From assembly GCF_030684315.1 (NCBI RefSeq), contig NC_081358.1:48714116-48778115 (forward strand): 64,000 nucleotides of DNA, given 5' to 3'. Within the stretch, counting starts at the first letter, position 1; every line of letters starts with the position of its first letter. This stretch comes from Stegostoma tigrinum. Taxonomy: Eukaryota. A program made the position numbers and the translations under genes. Below, one piece after another: positions 12,237-25,512 of the stretch. A model generated the notes under the pieces. It made no database searches. It was not told the DNA's origin and saw nothing but the letters and a program-made list of their open reading frames with translations.

Positions 12237-15200
12237 ATAAGGCAGTTCTGATGAATTAATCAAAGACAGTGATAAATTATATGGCTATGAGTATTATTTC
12301 TGCATTGAAGCTATAATATTACTAGAAACCTTGAGAACATAGTTCATAGCATTATAAAATTGCAGCAGCATGTTTACTTCTCTCTTTGATGACATTCATT
12401 GCCCAGAAACAGAATTCTAAAAAGTGTAAAATTAGTAGTGGGGATGTGGTGCTAAAGAAAATGTTGGCTGCTGTCAAAATTGCAGTTCCATACCCAGAGA
12501 CAGAGTGAGGAGAGATGTTCCTGGTGTTGTCCTCAGATCCTGTTATTGTATGCCTTGTCCTGAGCCGAGTCATTATTTGTAATGTTTGAGTGTTATGGTT
12601 ATTCAGGATCATGTTAATAATCATTGCGTACTATAGATATATCAGCCAAACAATGTGCTTTGGAAGGGTGTGCATTCATCAGCTACTTTGTTAAAAAGGC
12701 TTCCTCTTTTTCCCATGCAGTTTGCCTAGAGGCATTTGGTAACAAAATGACTTAAAGATTCCACAACATATTAGCCATAGTAACATTAAAGCGTTACTTG
12801 TCTTTAAAACTTGCAGCTGTGCGCTGTTCACATTTTGTTTTACTTATTTCAGAGATACAGCCAGTGTCTGAAATGGGAGAATGCTCATTTTGAAATAAAG
12901 TGGCTCTGAACTGAAATGGTAGGATCTGCAAAGATATTACAAATAGATATTTCAAATGGGCAGCTCGGAGAGCTAAATTAATTGGAATGGCCAATCCTAA
13001 CATTTGCTTTAACCCAGACTAGTGTTGTGGGAGGGGAGAGGGTGCATGTGATGACGCTGAGGCTGTGTGGCGTGTGTGTTCCTGGGGACACTGCGGATTT
13101 CTCGAAAACAAAATTTGGGAAATGCATTCAGTCAGGCCAAAATAGAAAAATCTGCATGTGTATAGTACCTCTTTGCTTCTGCAGTAAGTTCAAAAATGTT
13201 TTACCACCAATTAAGCACCTCTGCAGATCAGTGTTGGAAAGTAGGAAAACTAATAGTTAATTTGCACACAGCAAGCACTAAAAACAGCAACATGACTCTG
13301 TGCAGATAATCTGCTTACTCACTGATGGTGATTGTGCAAAAAAGTTAGCTAGGGCACTTAAGTTAACTCCCCTGCAAAGTAATGCAATGGGAACTGGATT
13401 AACGTGTCAATTAAAATTTGGCACCAACAATGCAGCACCAAAGTGTCAAATCCTTACCGCTAATGAGAACTGAATCCGTTACTTGCAGGACAACTGAGAC
13501 TGCTCCTGCAGTGATCCAGACCATCCAAGTGACCCACCAACCAAGTAAATGCCATTATTCATTAAACTTAAACTCTCACATTAACATTGCTGTCACTCTC
13601 ATTCAATCTAAACCACTTCCAACCAGAAACTGCAACACCTTCTCCCTCCCGCCTAGCAGGTACAGCCTCCACCACTTCAGACAAAAATCATCTGGTTCCC
13701 CACGAAGCCACCTCCTTGATCATTGGAGACAAAAACAGTGGCTTCAGAGAAACCATCGCTACCTCCTGCAGCCCACCAGCCTAGATATTGACACCTTATT
13801 GGAAATGTTGGGCTTAGACATGATAATTGTGAGGAGTTGGATGGTGCCAATGTCTATGGGCAATGAGTGTATGTAACTGGTACCCATGCTCTGGTCATAG
13901 GTACGGGGATATTTGGAACAAGTGGTTACCTGAATCTGCCTGGTACCACTTAGACTTCCATGTTAAAGTTTCTCATATCAAATTTATTTGACCTGTTTGG
14001 TAAGATAGGAAACTAAATATTGATGTGGTGAATTGGAACTAACAACAGGGCATTTAAAAAGCAATGACTCCCATTAACTTGCAGCTCCCTGCAATCTAGT
14101 GAGAATCTTGCTGTGATGCTAGTGAAAAGCATTTTAAAAAACGGCACATGTTCCTCCTGAAATACAGAAATTTGTCTGATTCTGCCCCAAATCTCACCAC
14201 ATCCAACATTGCCTGGACCCCTGTAAGATCCACCCACTGTTTGAAATCAATGATCTTTCACTCAAACTGTGGGGAGGCACTTGAGCTGAAATGATGGGGT
14301 TATATTTAATGAAGGTCATGGTGTCATGTGCATGGATGAACAAATGGTGAAAGACATCATCACCTTGTGCTGAAAGTCCACAGCATGAAGTGCCAGTTAG
14401 ACACTTACCTGGGCTGCTGTAGGCCTTCCCCTGAGTGAAGGACCCCCTGGGTGAGGACAGTGGTGGGTGAACAACCTGCCTGCTGAGAGCTGTGAGCTAA
14501 TCAGAAGCCAGCAGCTCTGGATCGTCCTCCAGCTCCAATGGTATGCCATCCACCAGAGACCTAGATTTGTCATGGGTTCTGGTATCAGTTGTGTGATGGG
14601 AGGAGAGAGTGATTGAAGGGCAGGACATCAGCAAGGCAGAGGGTTGGCTCCCAGTGTTCCCCTCTTCCCAATACCAAGGAGCTGACCCTCAGTTGCCCTC
14701 AGCCATGCACCAGGATTGATTTTCAAGCTCCCCACACGAGGCCATTAAATGCCCACTTAGGGGTATGAATTGGTGGTGGAACAGAAAGATTACCCATTAG
14801 CTCCCCACCTTGGACTTCATGGGGACAGTGGCATGAAAGGCATGAGGCCTTCATCCATTCCTCTCCCAGGTAATCAAATTCCCCATCACAAAGGAGAGTA
14901 TTAAATTCCACTACCTGACCTGCTGTATATTTTCATAATTTTAATTCTGAGGAGCTTGCTTTGGAGCTGGTTTCAGAGCAGGGATTAGAGCATTACTCCT
15001 GGTTTTGGTCTGCGGATACATTCTAATCAGGGATATAACATTGTATTTGTGCCCCTACCTTCACTATGAGGTAGCACTTGAACACATCGGATGCCAATAA
15101 CCTAACTGCATATCAATCTAATATACTAGGACTGCTCAGAGTAGGATGAGAGATTTATGCATCTGCTCAGAAGCACAAACATTATCACAGAGCCAGTGGT

Positions 15201-16189
15201 TCCTCTGCCTGCATGCAATTGCGCTGCCAGATCAATGAAAACAATATTTTGGTTCCTTGCCGACCAATATGCTTAGCTGAAACCTATCACCTCCTGACTC
15301 AAAGAGATGAATACTACCACTAAAGTCAAATTGCCTCATGCCCCACGAAATGATAGGTGAAAATTTTAATAAACATATGCGTCAGACCCATAAAGTGGCA
15401 TTATATTGCTCACTTGAATCAGATACATGAGCAGTGACTTCTGCGTCTGTGCTCATTGGTCCTTTCACTTTAATGGGTAGAAATTACAATCTGATGCAGG
15501 AGCTCCAAGCTCTGATACTAAAGCAGAAAGGCAATAACTTTGAAGTGGCAATTGATGGCAAAGCTAATGGTGCAGCAGTGAAATCTGTCCAAAAATGTTC
15601 ACTGTTACAACTCAGCTGATAGGGTCTGTCTTCCTTGCTGGACCTCTTTCAAGCCAATGGACTATTTACCCACTAACAATGATAAACTCTGTTAAAATTA
15701 AACTAGGGGCCATTTCATCAACCAGTTCATTAGTAAGCCTGTTGGTAGATTTACTGGCATTACATTAATGACAAAACTGTTGAGGTGTTCAGTCAGCATC
15801 AGTAAATATCCGAAACCACTCAACAGATCCTGGATCACCAAGTGAAAAGACAGCGTTGGGATAGGGCTGTCTGTTTTTTTAGTCCACCCTAGAATTCAGT
15901 TCATGCTATGTTGCATAAATATATTACCTCCTTTCAGTCCAAAAAATGTTTTGCATTGAAATGTAATCCAACGTAAGTCTCACAGCTTAAGTGATCAGTG
16001 TTTGTTCTCTGATTTGCATAAATGTTCAATGGATTTAAGTTGTAATAACATCCTGCTATCAGCATTCCAAAACTCATTGTCTGGGAACAAAAAGCAAACA
16101 GTTTCAGCACACAGTGTGGACCTAAGTTGATCAATAAAAATGTAGGTGTCTCAAACAGAGTAGGGAGCATAAATCTTCCCATCTGGAGC

Positions 16190-16650
16190 TACGGCTGTAG
16201 CTACTGCTACTTGCAGTTCCTCCTGCCAGGAGGCCTATTGTCGTGGTAAATCATACTCGTTTTTCCACATCATCCTCAAACATTCACTGTACTTTGCATG
16301 CAACCACTCTGTTATATCTCTCATCCAAACAAGCCCAGGTAAACCCACTTTCTGTTGGTTTCCATTTTTATCCTCTGGAACAGATCTCTACGGTTTGCCA
16401 GTTGTGATTAAAGGGCTAAAATGCTGTAATTTTCTTTCCTACTTCTTGGAGAGACGCTTTTGGTCTTGCAACTTTAAGCACCTCTTCATGAGACCCTTGC
16501 ACTGTACATGGAATTATTAGGCATCTTTTTTGGCTTTCACCTGGCAAAGCTTTCTGTATTCTTCCAAAGATCTGTACCTATTATGTAGATTTCGAAAACA
16601 AACAGGAAAGTGGATAGAATGTAGTATCTTAAAAGTTTTACAAGCTTGAA
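16190..16650 (-). mobile_element. Ancient RTE-type LINE 3' remnant
   Basis: Minus translation gives SHEEVLKVARPK and WMRDITEWLHAKYSECLRMM, typical of an RTE ORF C-terminus, followed by a short (TAG/CAG)-like tail. Confidence 0.5.
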
Positions 16651-18653
16651 TCTTCCTGTTGTTAACACATCCTTGCTCTTCACAAAATTAGTGTGGCACC
16701 CTCTGTCTGAAGTAGTTTCTTGGGTAAAAAGTCACAGTTTAGACCATATGGTCTAAGTATTGCCCTATATGTGACTTGATGTACTATATGCCACAAAGAT
16801 GAGGTTTTTATTTGAGATAGATGTCTTAAAAGTTTATTAATGATATTAACCATTTACATGTTGATAATATCATAGACCTAGATGTAGTCTCCATTCTGTG
16901 CTTTCTGATATTAGTGTAATGGTGCATACACATGCACAGAAACACAGGATAACTAAGCAACTATCCACCATCAACACTCACCCTGCACATACAGCAATGT
17001 TCTCCACTGAGGCAAATGATGGCCAAGCAGTGAGATGCTAGAGAGTTACTTCATCAGTGCTTTGACCTGAGCCTCCCCAGTCCATCTTCCATATTACTCG
17101 TCCAGCAGCAGCTCGATGGGTGTTGTCTCTGTATGTGCAGATGCCAGCAACACTGCAGATGGGGCCTTGTGATGTCAGTGATGCATGCACAGATGCTTTC
17201 TGCAGTTTATTACGGCCAGCTGACATCATACCCTGCTTCTCCACAAGTGGAGGCAGCCATTTTGTACATTTGATGTCACAATTACCTACTTTATGTTGCA
17301 CATACATATGAGTCGCTGAGAACTTAACTGAAGATAAGCAAGCACCTTTATATTGGGGCATCAGATGTCATGATATCATATAACTCTTAATGTAACAGCC
17401 TGTCTGATCTGAAATCCATGCAGTAATAATAAAACTCTACCTTTTTTCTGACTTCTAAATCATGTTAATGAAAGTAGGTTATCATTTTTTGTCCTAAAAG
17501 GACAAAGTTTGCTTTTTGTTCTAATGTTACACCATCCACTTCAATCTTTATTCTCATTTCTTTTAATGTTTTCTTTCTAGGCACCATTGTTTTTGTCTTT
17601 TTCTTTCCCTCCTTTATCCAATTGGAACACACATCAAAAGAACAGTTTCTTAAAATGTCACCTTATATTCCTGTCCGTGCTCTCATTTCAGTTTTTGATT
17701 TTCTTTGCTCATAAGATTATAAATGAGACTGATGTTTAGGATACCTGTTGACATTCCCAGAAAGTACAGACCTAATGCATCACTTTGGTAGTATTGGCAC
17801 ACAATTGTAATGATCTTCTCCTGTTTGTTATCTTAAGATAGGAGCTGATCTGATTATTTGAAAAGTGTGTTTTAAACAGGTTACCCACTTTCCTAAAGTA
17901 GGACAAACAAATTTCATATCAATACCTTAAGCTTTCTTCAGCTACTAATGCTATGTAATCTTTGCCTGAAGTGCTTGTCCTCATAACTTCTAACTTCAGT
18001 TCTAATTAAGTGCTTTCCATCTACCTGTAGTGAATGTAATGTTTGATTGAAAGTACCACCATTGAGGCAAAACCTCAAAGGAAAATTAGCACAGAGTAAA
18101 GAGTTGGTAGGAATGCCATCCTTTCTCCTTTATGTACATTATTTGATAGCTTCAAAAAGTTATGTTGAATGTAAAAAACAAACTATTTCCTGCAGTCATC
18201 ATGTAGCAAAAGTGTGTGCAAAATAACAAAATCAGGCAAAAATATATTTAGTGTGGTGAAGGATTATAACAATTATTAACTCAAGATTTGTTGTTACCAA
18301 GACTAATTACTGCCCCACTGGCTGCAAATATGTATTTGAGGCAAAATAAAGCCTTCAGTCCTCAGGTTGACTTACATGTAGTCTATGTTCTAGGCATAGA
18401 CTTTTTATTGTAGTGCTGCTTATTATGAAATGTTAACATATCATGGACCATGGAGCAAAAGCATGGAAGGAATTGAACAGCCCTTTCAATGAGCTGCACA
18501 AGCACATTGGGCCAATGGCCTTCTTCAATGCTGTATGGTTCAATTATTGAAAGTATTTTCTGGGCTGTTTTGGTTACAAAGGCCTTGCTCAACCTTCATT
18601 CTACAATATAAATAACTATAATACAAGGCAAGAGGACATAGGCTGAGTTGATA

Positions 18654-18806
18654 CAGTACAGAGCTGGAGGAACACAACAGGACAGGATCCTGAAGAAGTG
18701 TCCCAACCCAAAACATCGAATCTCCTGCTCCCTGGCCCGCTGTGTGCATCCAGCTCCACACTGTACTGATTCTGACTTCCATCATCTACAGTTCCTGCTA
18801 TCTCTC
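18654..18806. mobile_element. Old fold-back PLE tail element
   Basis: GAGCTGGAGGAACACAACAGG is inverted against CCCGCTGTGTGCATCCAGCTC. Degenerate CTGAAGAAG...CAAAACATC core. Confidence 0.65.
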
Positions 18807-19019
18807 AAGAGTACATAGTTGATTACTGTACAGTTTAGTGTTTCAATGGATCTCAGTGAAGTACCAGGCTCAAGAACTCACTCATTCCAGTACATTCTTT
18901 TTAAACTCTTCAAAAGCTCAATGAGCACTGGGTACTCCAATACCTGATTAAAACACTAAGAAAAGTTCTATGCAAAATCCCACTCTGCCAAGTTCCTGAT
19001 GTCAGTTAAGATTATAAAG

Positions 19020-19305
19020 CTGCAATAGTGGCATTACTGTCATAGTATTCAAATCCTACTATCGCAGATGGTGGAATTTGTGTTCAGTAATAATCTGGAA
19101 ATAAATCTGATACTAAAGCCATTGATTTTCAGGAAAAATCCATCTGGTTCATTAATTTTTATTAGAGAAGGGTATCTGTCAGCCTTACCTGGTTTGACTC
19201 CAGACCCACAGCAGTGGGTGTGATTGTTAATTACCCTCTGGGTAATTAAAGATAGGCAATAAATGCTAATCTAATCAGCGAAACAATAATCTTGTGAATA
19301 AATAA
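19020..19305 (+). mobile_element. Second SINE family, degenerate (shares ends with the LINE at 49050-51160)
   Basis: TTCAAATCCTACTATCGCAGATGGTGGAATTTG...CATCTGGTTCATTAAT...GGCAATAAATGCT. Homologous to 60590-60930 and to 46160-46760 (minus). Confidence 0.65.
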
Positions 19306-19769
19306 TATTCCACTGCATGGTCTTCAGGTGTCTGACACATGGGGTAGGTGTTTTTTTTTGGAAAACATGAGGTTTTACATTTTCCTTTAATAAAACAAAT
19401 TTATAATTTAAAAAGGCAGAAATAATTCACACAGCAACAGTACATAAGTCTATGCACATTTGAAAAAAATGCTGGAGCAAGAGAATCCGAAAAACATCTT
19501 GCCTTGAGCATTTGTGTGTAAATCATTAGTAATCGCCCTTCCAAGGTGCTAGCCATTCTTTTCCCTTCTTCGTGTTCAGTAATATGGAGAGCCAAATTGC
19601 AGAATATCACCAAAAGGAGGTTTTCAAAACCATTAAAAGAAACCTGCAAGGACTGTTATGTCATTAGCTGCAAGGTCAATCAGAACTTTCTCCTGCCTCA
19701 TCCAGATCCATATACAGCCCCATTCCCACCTATGGAAACCTCTTATCGACCACTGGCTTTGTGGTGATC

Positions 19770-20950
19770 AGAATTTTGTGTCACAGATCGCCGTCTTCTC
19801 CGAGGCCTGGACTGCTTGGAGGCTCAAGTAGATAGGCCCCTCATCACTGGCCTTGCTCCAATACCTTGGCCTTTCCTCTCCATATTCCCAATGTGGTCTC
19901 ACAATGTGGTTAGTACTGTCACAAATGAGCCTTGTACATTTTAGTTGGTCATCATGAGTCAGTGGAGGGTGTTTAACCTCTTCAGTGATGCTTTAAGGAA
20001 ATCCCTGAAGCTTTTCAGCGAAGGTGACTTTGCATAATGAGCCCCTTGCCTTTGGGCATGTTGAATTGGGAGAAGACACTGCTGTTGGATCACATTTCTT
20101 GCCAGTGGATTTGGAATAGCATGTGTAGGCACTGTTGATGGGTGCTTTGCGAAGCTTGCTGCTGATTGTTCCAGTGCCAGAAACATTGGTAGGAGTGTGG
20201 CAATCAATGCTGCTCCCAGAGAAGCACGATCCTTATGTTAGATTGACATCCTGACCATCAAACACTGTAATCTTCGGCTGGCTCAAGGTGGAGTTGAATC
20301 ATTGGAGGTGAGTTCATCTGTGATGGCCTTCTTCAAAAGGAGAGTTGTTAGACGTGGAGAATGGTCCACGTTTTCCATGATTTCACCATTAGTGGGCACA
20401 AGCACAAGCATCCTCTGCATATGGAAGCTCAATGACTGAAATTGGAATAATTTTGAACTCAAGATAACATAAGTTAAGCAGCCGTGTTCTGTTGGTGTTA
20501 ATGGGATTGAGGATGAGGATCATGCACGACTTGGAAAAATTTATCCAATGACACTTGGATACTTTTCTTCTGCCAGTGGGTGCCCTTGCCATCAGCAACT
20601 GCCCTGTTCACATCAATGCTGTGTGGTCAGTTTCAGTCATCCTCTAAACATTTCCATTATCTCATTGATGAGTTCGAATGCTCCTTATGGTTGTTTTATG
20701 ACAAAACTCAAAGAGGTGATGCTTTAGTTTAATTCTCTTCTCATGTTGATTCTAAAGGCACAGTCTACATTGGACAATTCCGCTCCATGAAAAAAACCAA
20801 GCAATGCTATAACACCAGCCTCAGACTGATCAAAGCCAGCCTCCATCACCCAGGTGATGGTTCATGTGGAGCCTCAGGAACATTGTCGTGAAATTTTCAT
20901 GCTAGGGGAGCAGCAAGTTCTAGACCACTAATCTTCAGTACTATTGCTAG
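19770..20950 (-). mobile_element. Degenerate RTE-clade LINE remnant
   Basis: Minus translation includes SFRDFLKASLKRLN, resembling RTE C-terminal RFKDxLKASLK. The rest is heavily decayed. Confidence 0.5.
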
Positions 20951-20999
20951 AATGTTGTCAACACCCAGAGCCTTTGCACTACCCAGTGCCTCTAATCAT

Positions 21000-22360
21000 T
21001 TTTTGATATCACATAGCGTAAATCAAATTGGCTGAAGAATTGCACCCATGTTCATTGAGGCATCTGGACGAAACCTGCAAGGATCGTCCACTCAGCACAT
21101 CTGGCTCAAAAATCGAAAATGTTTCCTGCTACTGCTACATTTTAAATTCAATTCACTTTTTTAAAGAAGGTAACAATTTGCCAATTTTATGGATAATGGT
21201 TGTATTCAGATTTGGCAATGTAGCCACCACTTTCTAATTAGAATTGCTTCAGCCTTAATCTTTTGCATTGATGTATTGGGCTACCTTGTAATTGAGGTAG
21301 GAATTGTGGAGTGACTTCCTCCAGTGAATTGTTTAATTGTTTGCCGCCATTCACAATTCAATGTGGCAGGAGTAAAGAACTTAGGCCTGATTGCTCAGTT
21401 GTGGAATCGCTAACACTGCTTTGCTACTCATGCATTTTAGCACACAAAGTCTTGATTGGTAGCTTCACCAGTTTGACACCTCATTTTTGAGGTGTCTGGT
21501 TCTGCTCCTGCTATGCCATTCTGCATCTTTCATTGATCCAGGGTTGATCCTTTGGATTGTGGCAATGGTAGATTGGAGGATCGGCGGAGCCATGAGGTTG
21601 TAGATTGTGTAGGAGTACAATTCAGCTGCTGCTGATTATCCATAGCTCCTAGGAGCTTAGCTTTTAGTTACAAGATCTGCTCAAAGCACATTGGAAGTGT
21701 GACACAAAACACTGAAGTGTATTCTCAAAGTTTAGTTAGGACTTTGCATCTGCAGCAGGCAGATTGGTAAGGATAAGGTTGGATATGTTCTTTCCTCTCA
21801 ATTATTTCCATACTATTTGCTGTGACCCCAGTCTAGCAGTTACATCCTTTCGGACTCAAGAGTATGATCAGCAGTGCTGCTGCCAAGCCTCTTGGTTATG
21901 GAAAGGGAAATCACCCTACAGCATCCCCATGCCCATTCTCATCCCAGAGTACAGTCTGAACATTCGCCATCCACAATGCTTCCTCTAAGTGCTGATCAAC
22001 ATAGAGGAAAATTGATTCATCAGCTGAGGAGTGGCAGTGTATGGTAATTATCAGATTTCCTTCCCCTTCTGTGATCTGATACTATGAGAGTTTGGATTTA
22101 ATGCTGAAGACTCCTGGGGTAGTAATCTCTTGACTGTGAGAGATGGTTCTACCACCACTGCTGTGGATCAGCCAGCAATGGTGATGAAGCTATCTGGACC
22201 CATGGCTATGTCAGGCTGTTGCTTGACAGGTCTGAGAGACAGCTCTTTCAATCTTGACACCAAGCCCCAGATGTTAGTCGGGAAGACTTTTCAGGATTGA
22301 CAAGGCTGTAGTTGCCATTATTTTTTCTGGTACCTTAGTTGATTTGTCATTCAAAACTGT
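21000..22360 (-). mobile_element. Degenerate non-LTR LINE (endonuclease region), same family as 49050-51160
   Basis: TGCTTGACAGGTCTGAGAGACAGCTCTTTCAATCTTGACACCAAGCCCCAGATGTTAGTCGGGAAGACTTT is the reverse-complement homologue of 49375-49430 and 49545-49580. Confidence 0.65.
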
Positions 22361-23235
22361 AGACTTAAGACGTCTTCAACTGGGATCAAACTTCTGTATT
22401 TAAACTGGCTGTAAGCTGAGTCATTTGAACTCCAGGCCCCAAAAAAGGTAGAGAGAATGTAGCTTGATAGCACTGTTCATAACCTTTTCCATCTCTTAAT
22501 TGTTGGTTGAGACTAGACTGATGGGGCAGTAATTACAGAAGCAAACTGCATCACCAAAGTGCCACGCAGGGGTTCCTACTTTGCATAATTTTGTTGGCCG
22601 TTGCAGGGATCCATTATATTTAGCATTGCTGAGAACACTGAGGAAGACAGTGTGTCCCTGCTACACAACCCCTTTTCAAGTCCTGCTTCACCTTCATTCT
22701 TCCACCCACCTTTAAGGACAACTGTAAAGAAAATACCTCTGGCAGTGTTATCCTCATCTTTGGTGCCAGGCTGTGGGTCCTACCTGCATGAAAAGTTTCC
22801 ACCACTCCTACCAAGGCGGTTGGATACCCAAACTCCAGGAACTGCAACTGGTTGCCATATATGTGGATCCCATCCATCCATTCTCCTGAACTGCATGGGG
22901 ATTGCAAAAGCCATCGCTTGTTTGACAGTCACTGGGTAGATTGTGCAGCTGCATGGGGTTCATAAACCATCAGGGTCAGACCCTCCAAAAATTACCTAAA
23001 CCCAAGAATCCTTCAAGAGGAGAAGATTCCGGTTGTAATACTGACAAACATCAGTGCCTTAAAATATTAAGCAAACATAGCATTTCTGAATATCCTTGAC
23101 AATAGCTTCTGAGATTTGCTTTACATATTCGCATTCGATTTGACAAAACAAGGTTAGTTAGTTCTGTTCGGTGGATTCTGTTACACGTCTGACCCACCTT
23201 ACATGTTATTTACCTCCTTTGCATATAATTTGTAT

Positions 23236-23896
23236 GCACTGTGCATCCCAGGGGCCACATCCTCAGTACAAAAACAAAACAGTATATTGTCTAACAATGA
23301 ATTTAGGGATTTTCTGAAGAATAGTCTCTGTGCCTACGAGCACCTGCTTGCAAGTACAGTTTTGCCTTCAGGTTAACCTGTCATTCAGATAGACTGATGT
23401 TGAGATGCTTGTGCAAATTCTTCCTGACGCCTTCATTAAACGCATATATTACCTCTTATAACAGGTTTTATCTACTTTGCATGATGCTATCCAAGAACAA
23501 CGTACACAAATTTATTTCCCTTCTTTTACTGAGTGAGCTTTCCCATGAGTTTTCTTAAACTGATCCCCTCAGTGACAGACACTTTATTAACTTTAATAAT
23601 TCACCTTCAAACCCACTCCCTGGCTATGAAGTGCTCTGGTACTGAGTAACCGGAGATTAATTTCTTCCCCACTCCCGCCATGCAGGATTCAACATTTAAG
23701 GGCAAAATTTTAATCCAACTGGTTTCCCCTGAATTTATCTGAGCTTCTAGACCCTTTTCACAATCTAAACACTTGCAGGCTCCATACCCTTGACAGTGCC
23801 TTTCTGCCACTGCTTCAGAAAATCCCTAAATTCATTGTTAGACAATATGTTGTTTTGTTTTTGTACTGAGGAGGTAGCACCTGGGATGCACAGTGC
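23236..23896. repeat. 84-bp inverted repeat pair with ~490-bp spacer
   Basis: 23236-23319 matches the reverse complement of 23813-23896 without gaps, 5 mismatches by hand count. Confidence 0.93.
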
Positions 23897-23994
23897 TTCA
23901 CAGGTTTCATTCTCTCCCGAACTTTCACCTAATTCAGTCAGAAGAAAAAAAAAAAAGAGTTCTAAGAGCTTTAACAAGTTCTCCATAAAGGCTC

Positions 23995-24456
23995 TTACCA
24001 ATTTTTATACAAACCATTCTATCTGGAAGCATCACATCTTGATACAGCAACTTCTCTGTAAAATACTACAGAGATGAACTCAGCCCACTGCATCATGCAA
24101 GCCAGCTTTCCATCCATTGGCTCCATCTGTATTCCTCACTGCTTCGGGAAGGCAGCCAACATCAAAGACCCCTCCCATCTTGTTATAATCTCTTACAACC
24201 TCTTCTGGTCAGGCAGAAGATGCAAAAACTTAAGCACACAAAACTTCCCCATTGTCATTAGACTTCTGCATGGACCTCAATTTTTTAATTTAACATTGAT
24301 CTCGCTCTTTGTGCACCATCTCTACAGCAGTACATTGTATTCTTCACTCTACTGTATTGCCTATGCATTTTGTATAGTATGATCTGCCTGTACTGCATGC
24401 AAAATAAAACTCTTCACTGTGCCTAGGCATGTGTGACAATAATAAATCAAATCAAC
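23995..24456 (+). mobile_element. Rex1/Babar-type LINE 3' end
   Basis: Translation CFGKAANIKDPSH...SGRRCK...FPIVIRLL. Tail GTGACAATAATAAATCAAATCAA. Confidence 0.8.
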
Positions 24457-24602
24457 AACTTTTCTTTCAAATTACTGGTTTCTATAAAGAGTTTTTTCCA
24501 GAATGTTTCTTTCATCCTGGCTTGAAATTTATTGATAACTGCAATTTATTTTGGAGGAGTTCTACACTATAAATATACCCAAAGATTTTATTACACAAGC
24601 TC

Positions 24603-25027
24603 AAAACCAAAACAGAAGTTGCTGGAAAAACTCAGCAGGTCTGCTAGCATCTGAAGAACAGTCAGAGTTAACATTTCAGGTCAAGTGACCCTTCCTCAGA
24701 ACTGATGGTAGCTAGGAAAGTGCCAGTTTTGTGCAGAAGATAGGATGGGGGCAGGGGTAAGGAATAAATGATGGATGGGGGTCGAGCCCAAAGACAGAGA
24801 AGAGTTAGACAGACAAAGGAGTTGCCTATCATTTATTCCTTACCTCCACCCTATCTTCTGCATATTAGCTGACATTTTCCAATCTGTCATCAGTTCTGAG
24901 GAAAGGTTGCATGATCCAAAAATGTTAACTCAGATTGCTCTCCATGGAGGCTGCCAGACCTTCTGAGCTTTTCCAGCAATTTGTGTTTTTCTTCTGATTT
25001 ACAGCATCTGCCTTTCTTTCAGTTTTT
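24603..25027. mobile_element. Fold-back element of another PLE family (CTGAGGA hammerhead variant)
   Basis: TTGCTGGAAAAACTCAGCAGGTCTG...GACCCTTCCTCAGAACTGATG is inverted against CATCAGTTCTGAGGAAAGG...CAGACCTTCTGAGCTTTTCCAGCAA. Confidence 0.8.
24666..24703 (-). ncRNA. Minimal type-I hammerhead ribozyme-like motif (degenerate at stem III)
   Basis: Minus strand reads AGTT-CTGAGGA-A-GGGTCA-CT-TGACCT-GAAA-TGTT-AACT: 4-bp stem I, paired stem II, conserved core. Confidence 0.55.
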
Positions 25028-25304
25028 AAAAGACCTTCAGAGTCTGTTCCTAAATGGTGAGTTAAACAATAAAGGAGGATTAATCAAGCAGTCTAAGTAT
25101 GAGCACAGAATCGCTTAAAAGGATGCAGAAAAAGACTTACAAGAATAACACCAGAACCAGGCAATCCACACCCTGAGTAGTTTCTTTTAAAAAAAACACA
25201 TTCATGACACATATGCATTGCTGGCTGGGCCAGCTTTTATTACCCATCCCTAATTGTTGTGGATTGACTGGCTTAATTAGGCCATTTGTTAATTAGGCCA
25301 TTTG

Positions 25305-25512
25305 AGGTGGCACGGTGGCTCAGTAATTAGCACTGCAGTCTCACAGCACCAGGGACCCAGATTCAACTCCAGCCTCGGGTGACTGTCTGAGTGGAGTTTG
25401 CACATTCTCCCTGTGTCTGTGTGGGTTTCCTCCAGGTGCTCCCATTTCCTCCCACAGTCCAAAGATTTGCAGGCTAGGTGGATTGGCCATGCTAAATTCC
25501 CTGTAGTGTTCA
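25305..25512 (+). mobile_element. HE1-type SINE (3' truncated)
   Basis: GGTGGCACGGTGGCTCAGTAATTAGCACTGC...TGGAGTTTGCACATTCTCCC...GGATTGGCCATGCTAAATT. Confidence 0.9.

Noticed and set aside
14170-14910. GC-richer blocks resembling old non-autonomous DNA transposons (also ~30130-30600, ~41040-41640, ~42620-43110)
   Set aside because: Terminal inverted repeats and TSDs could not be established by eye.
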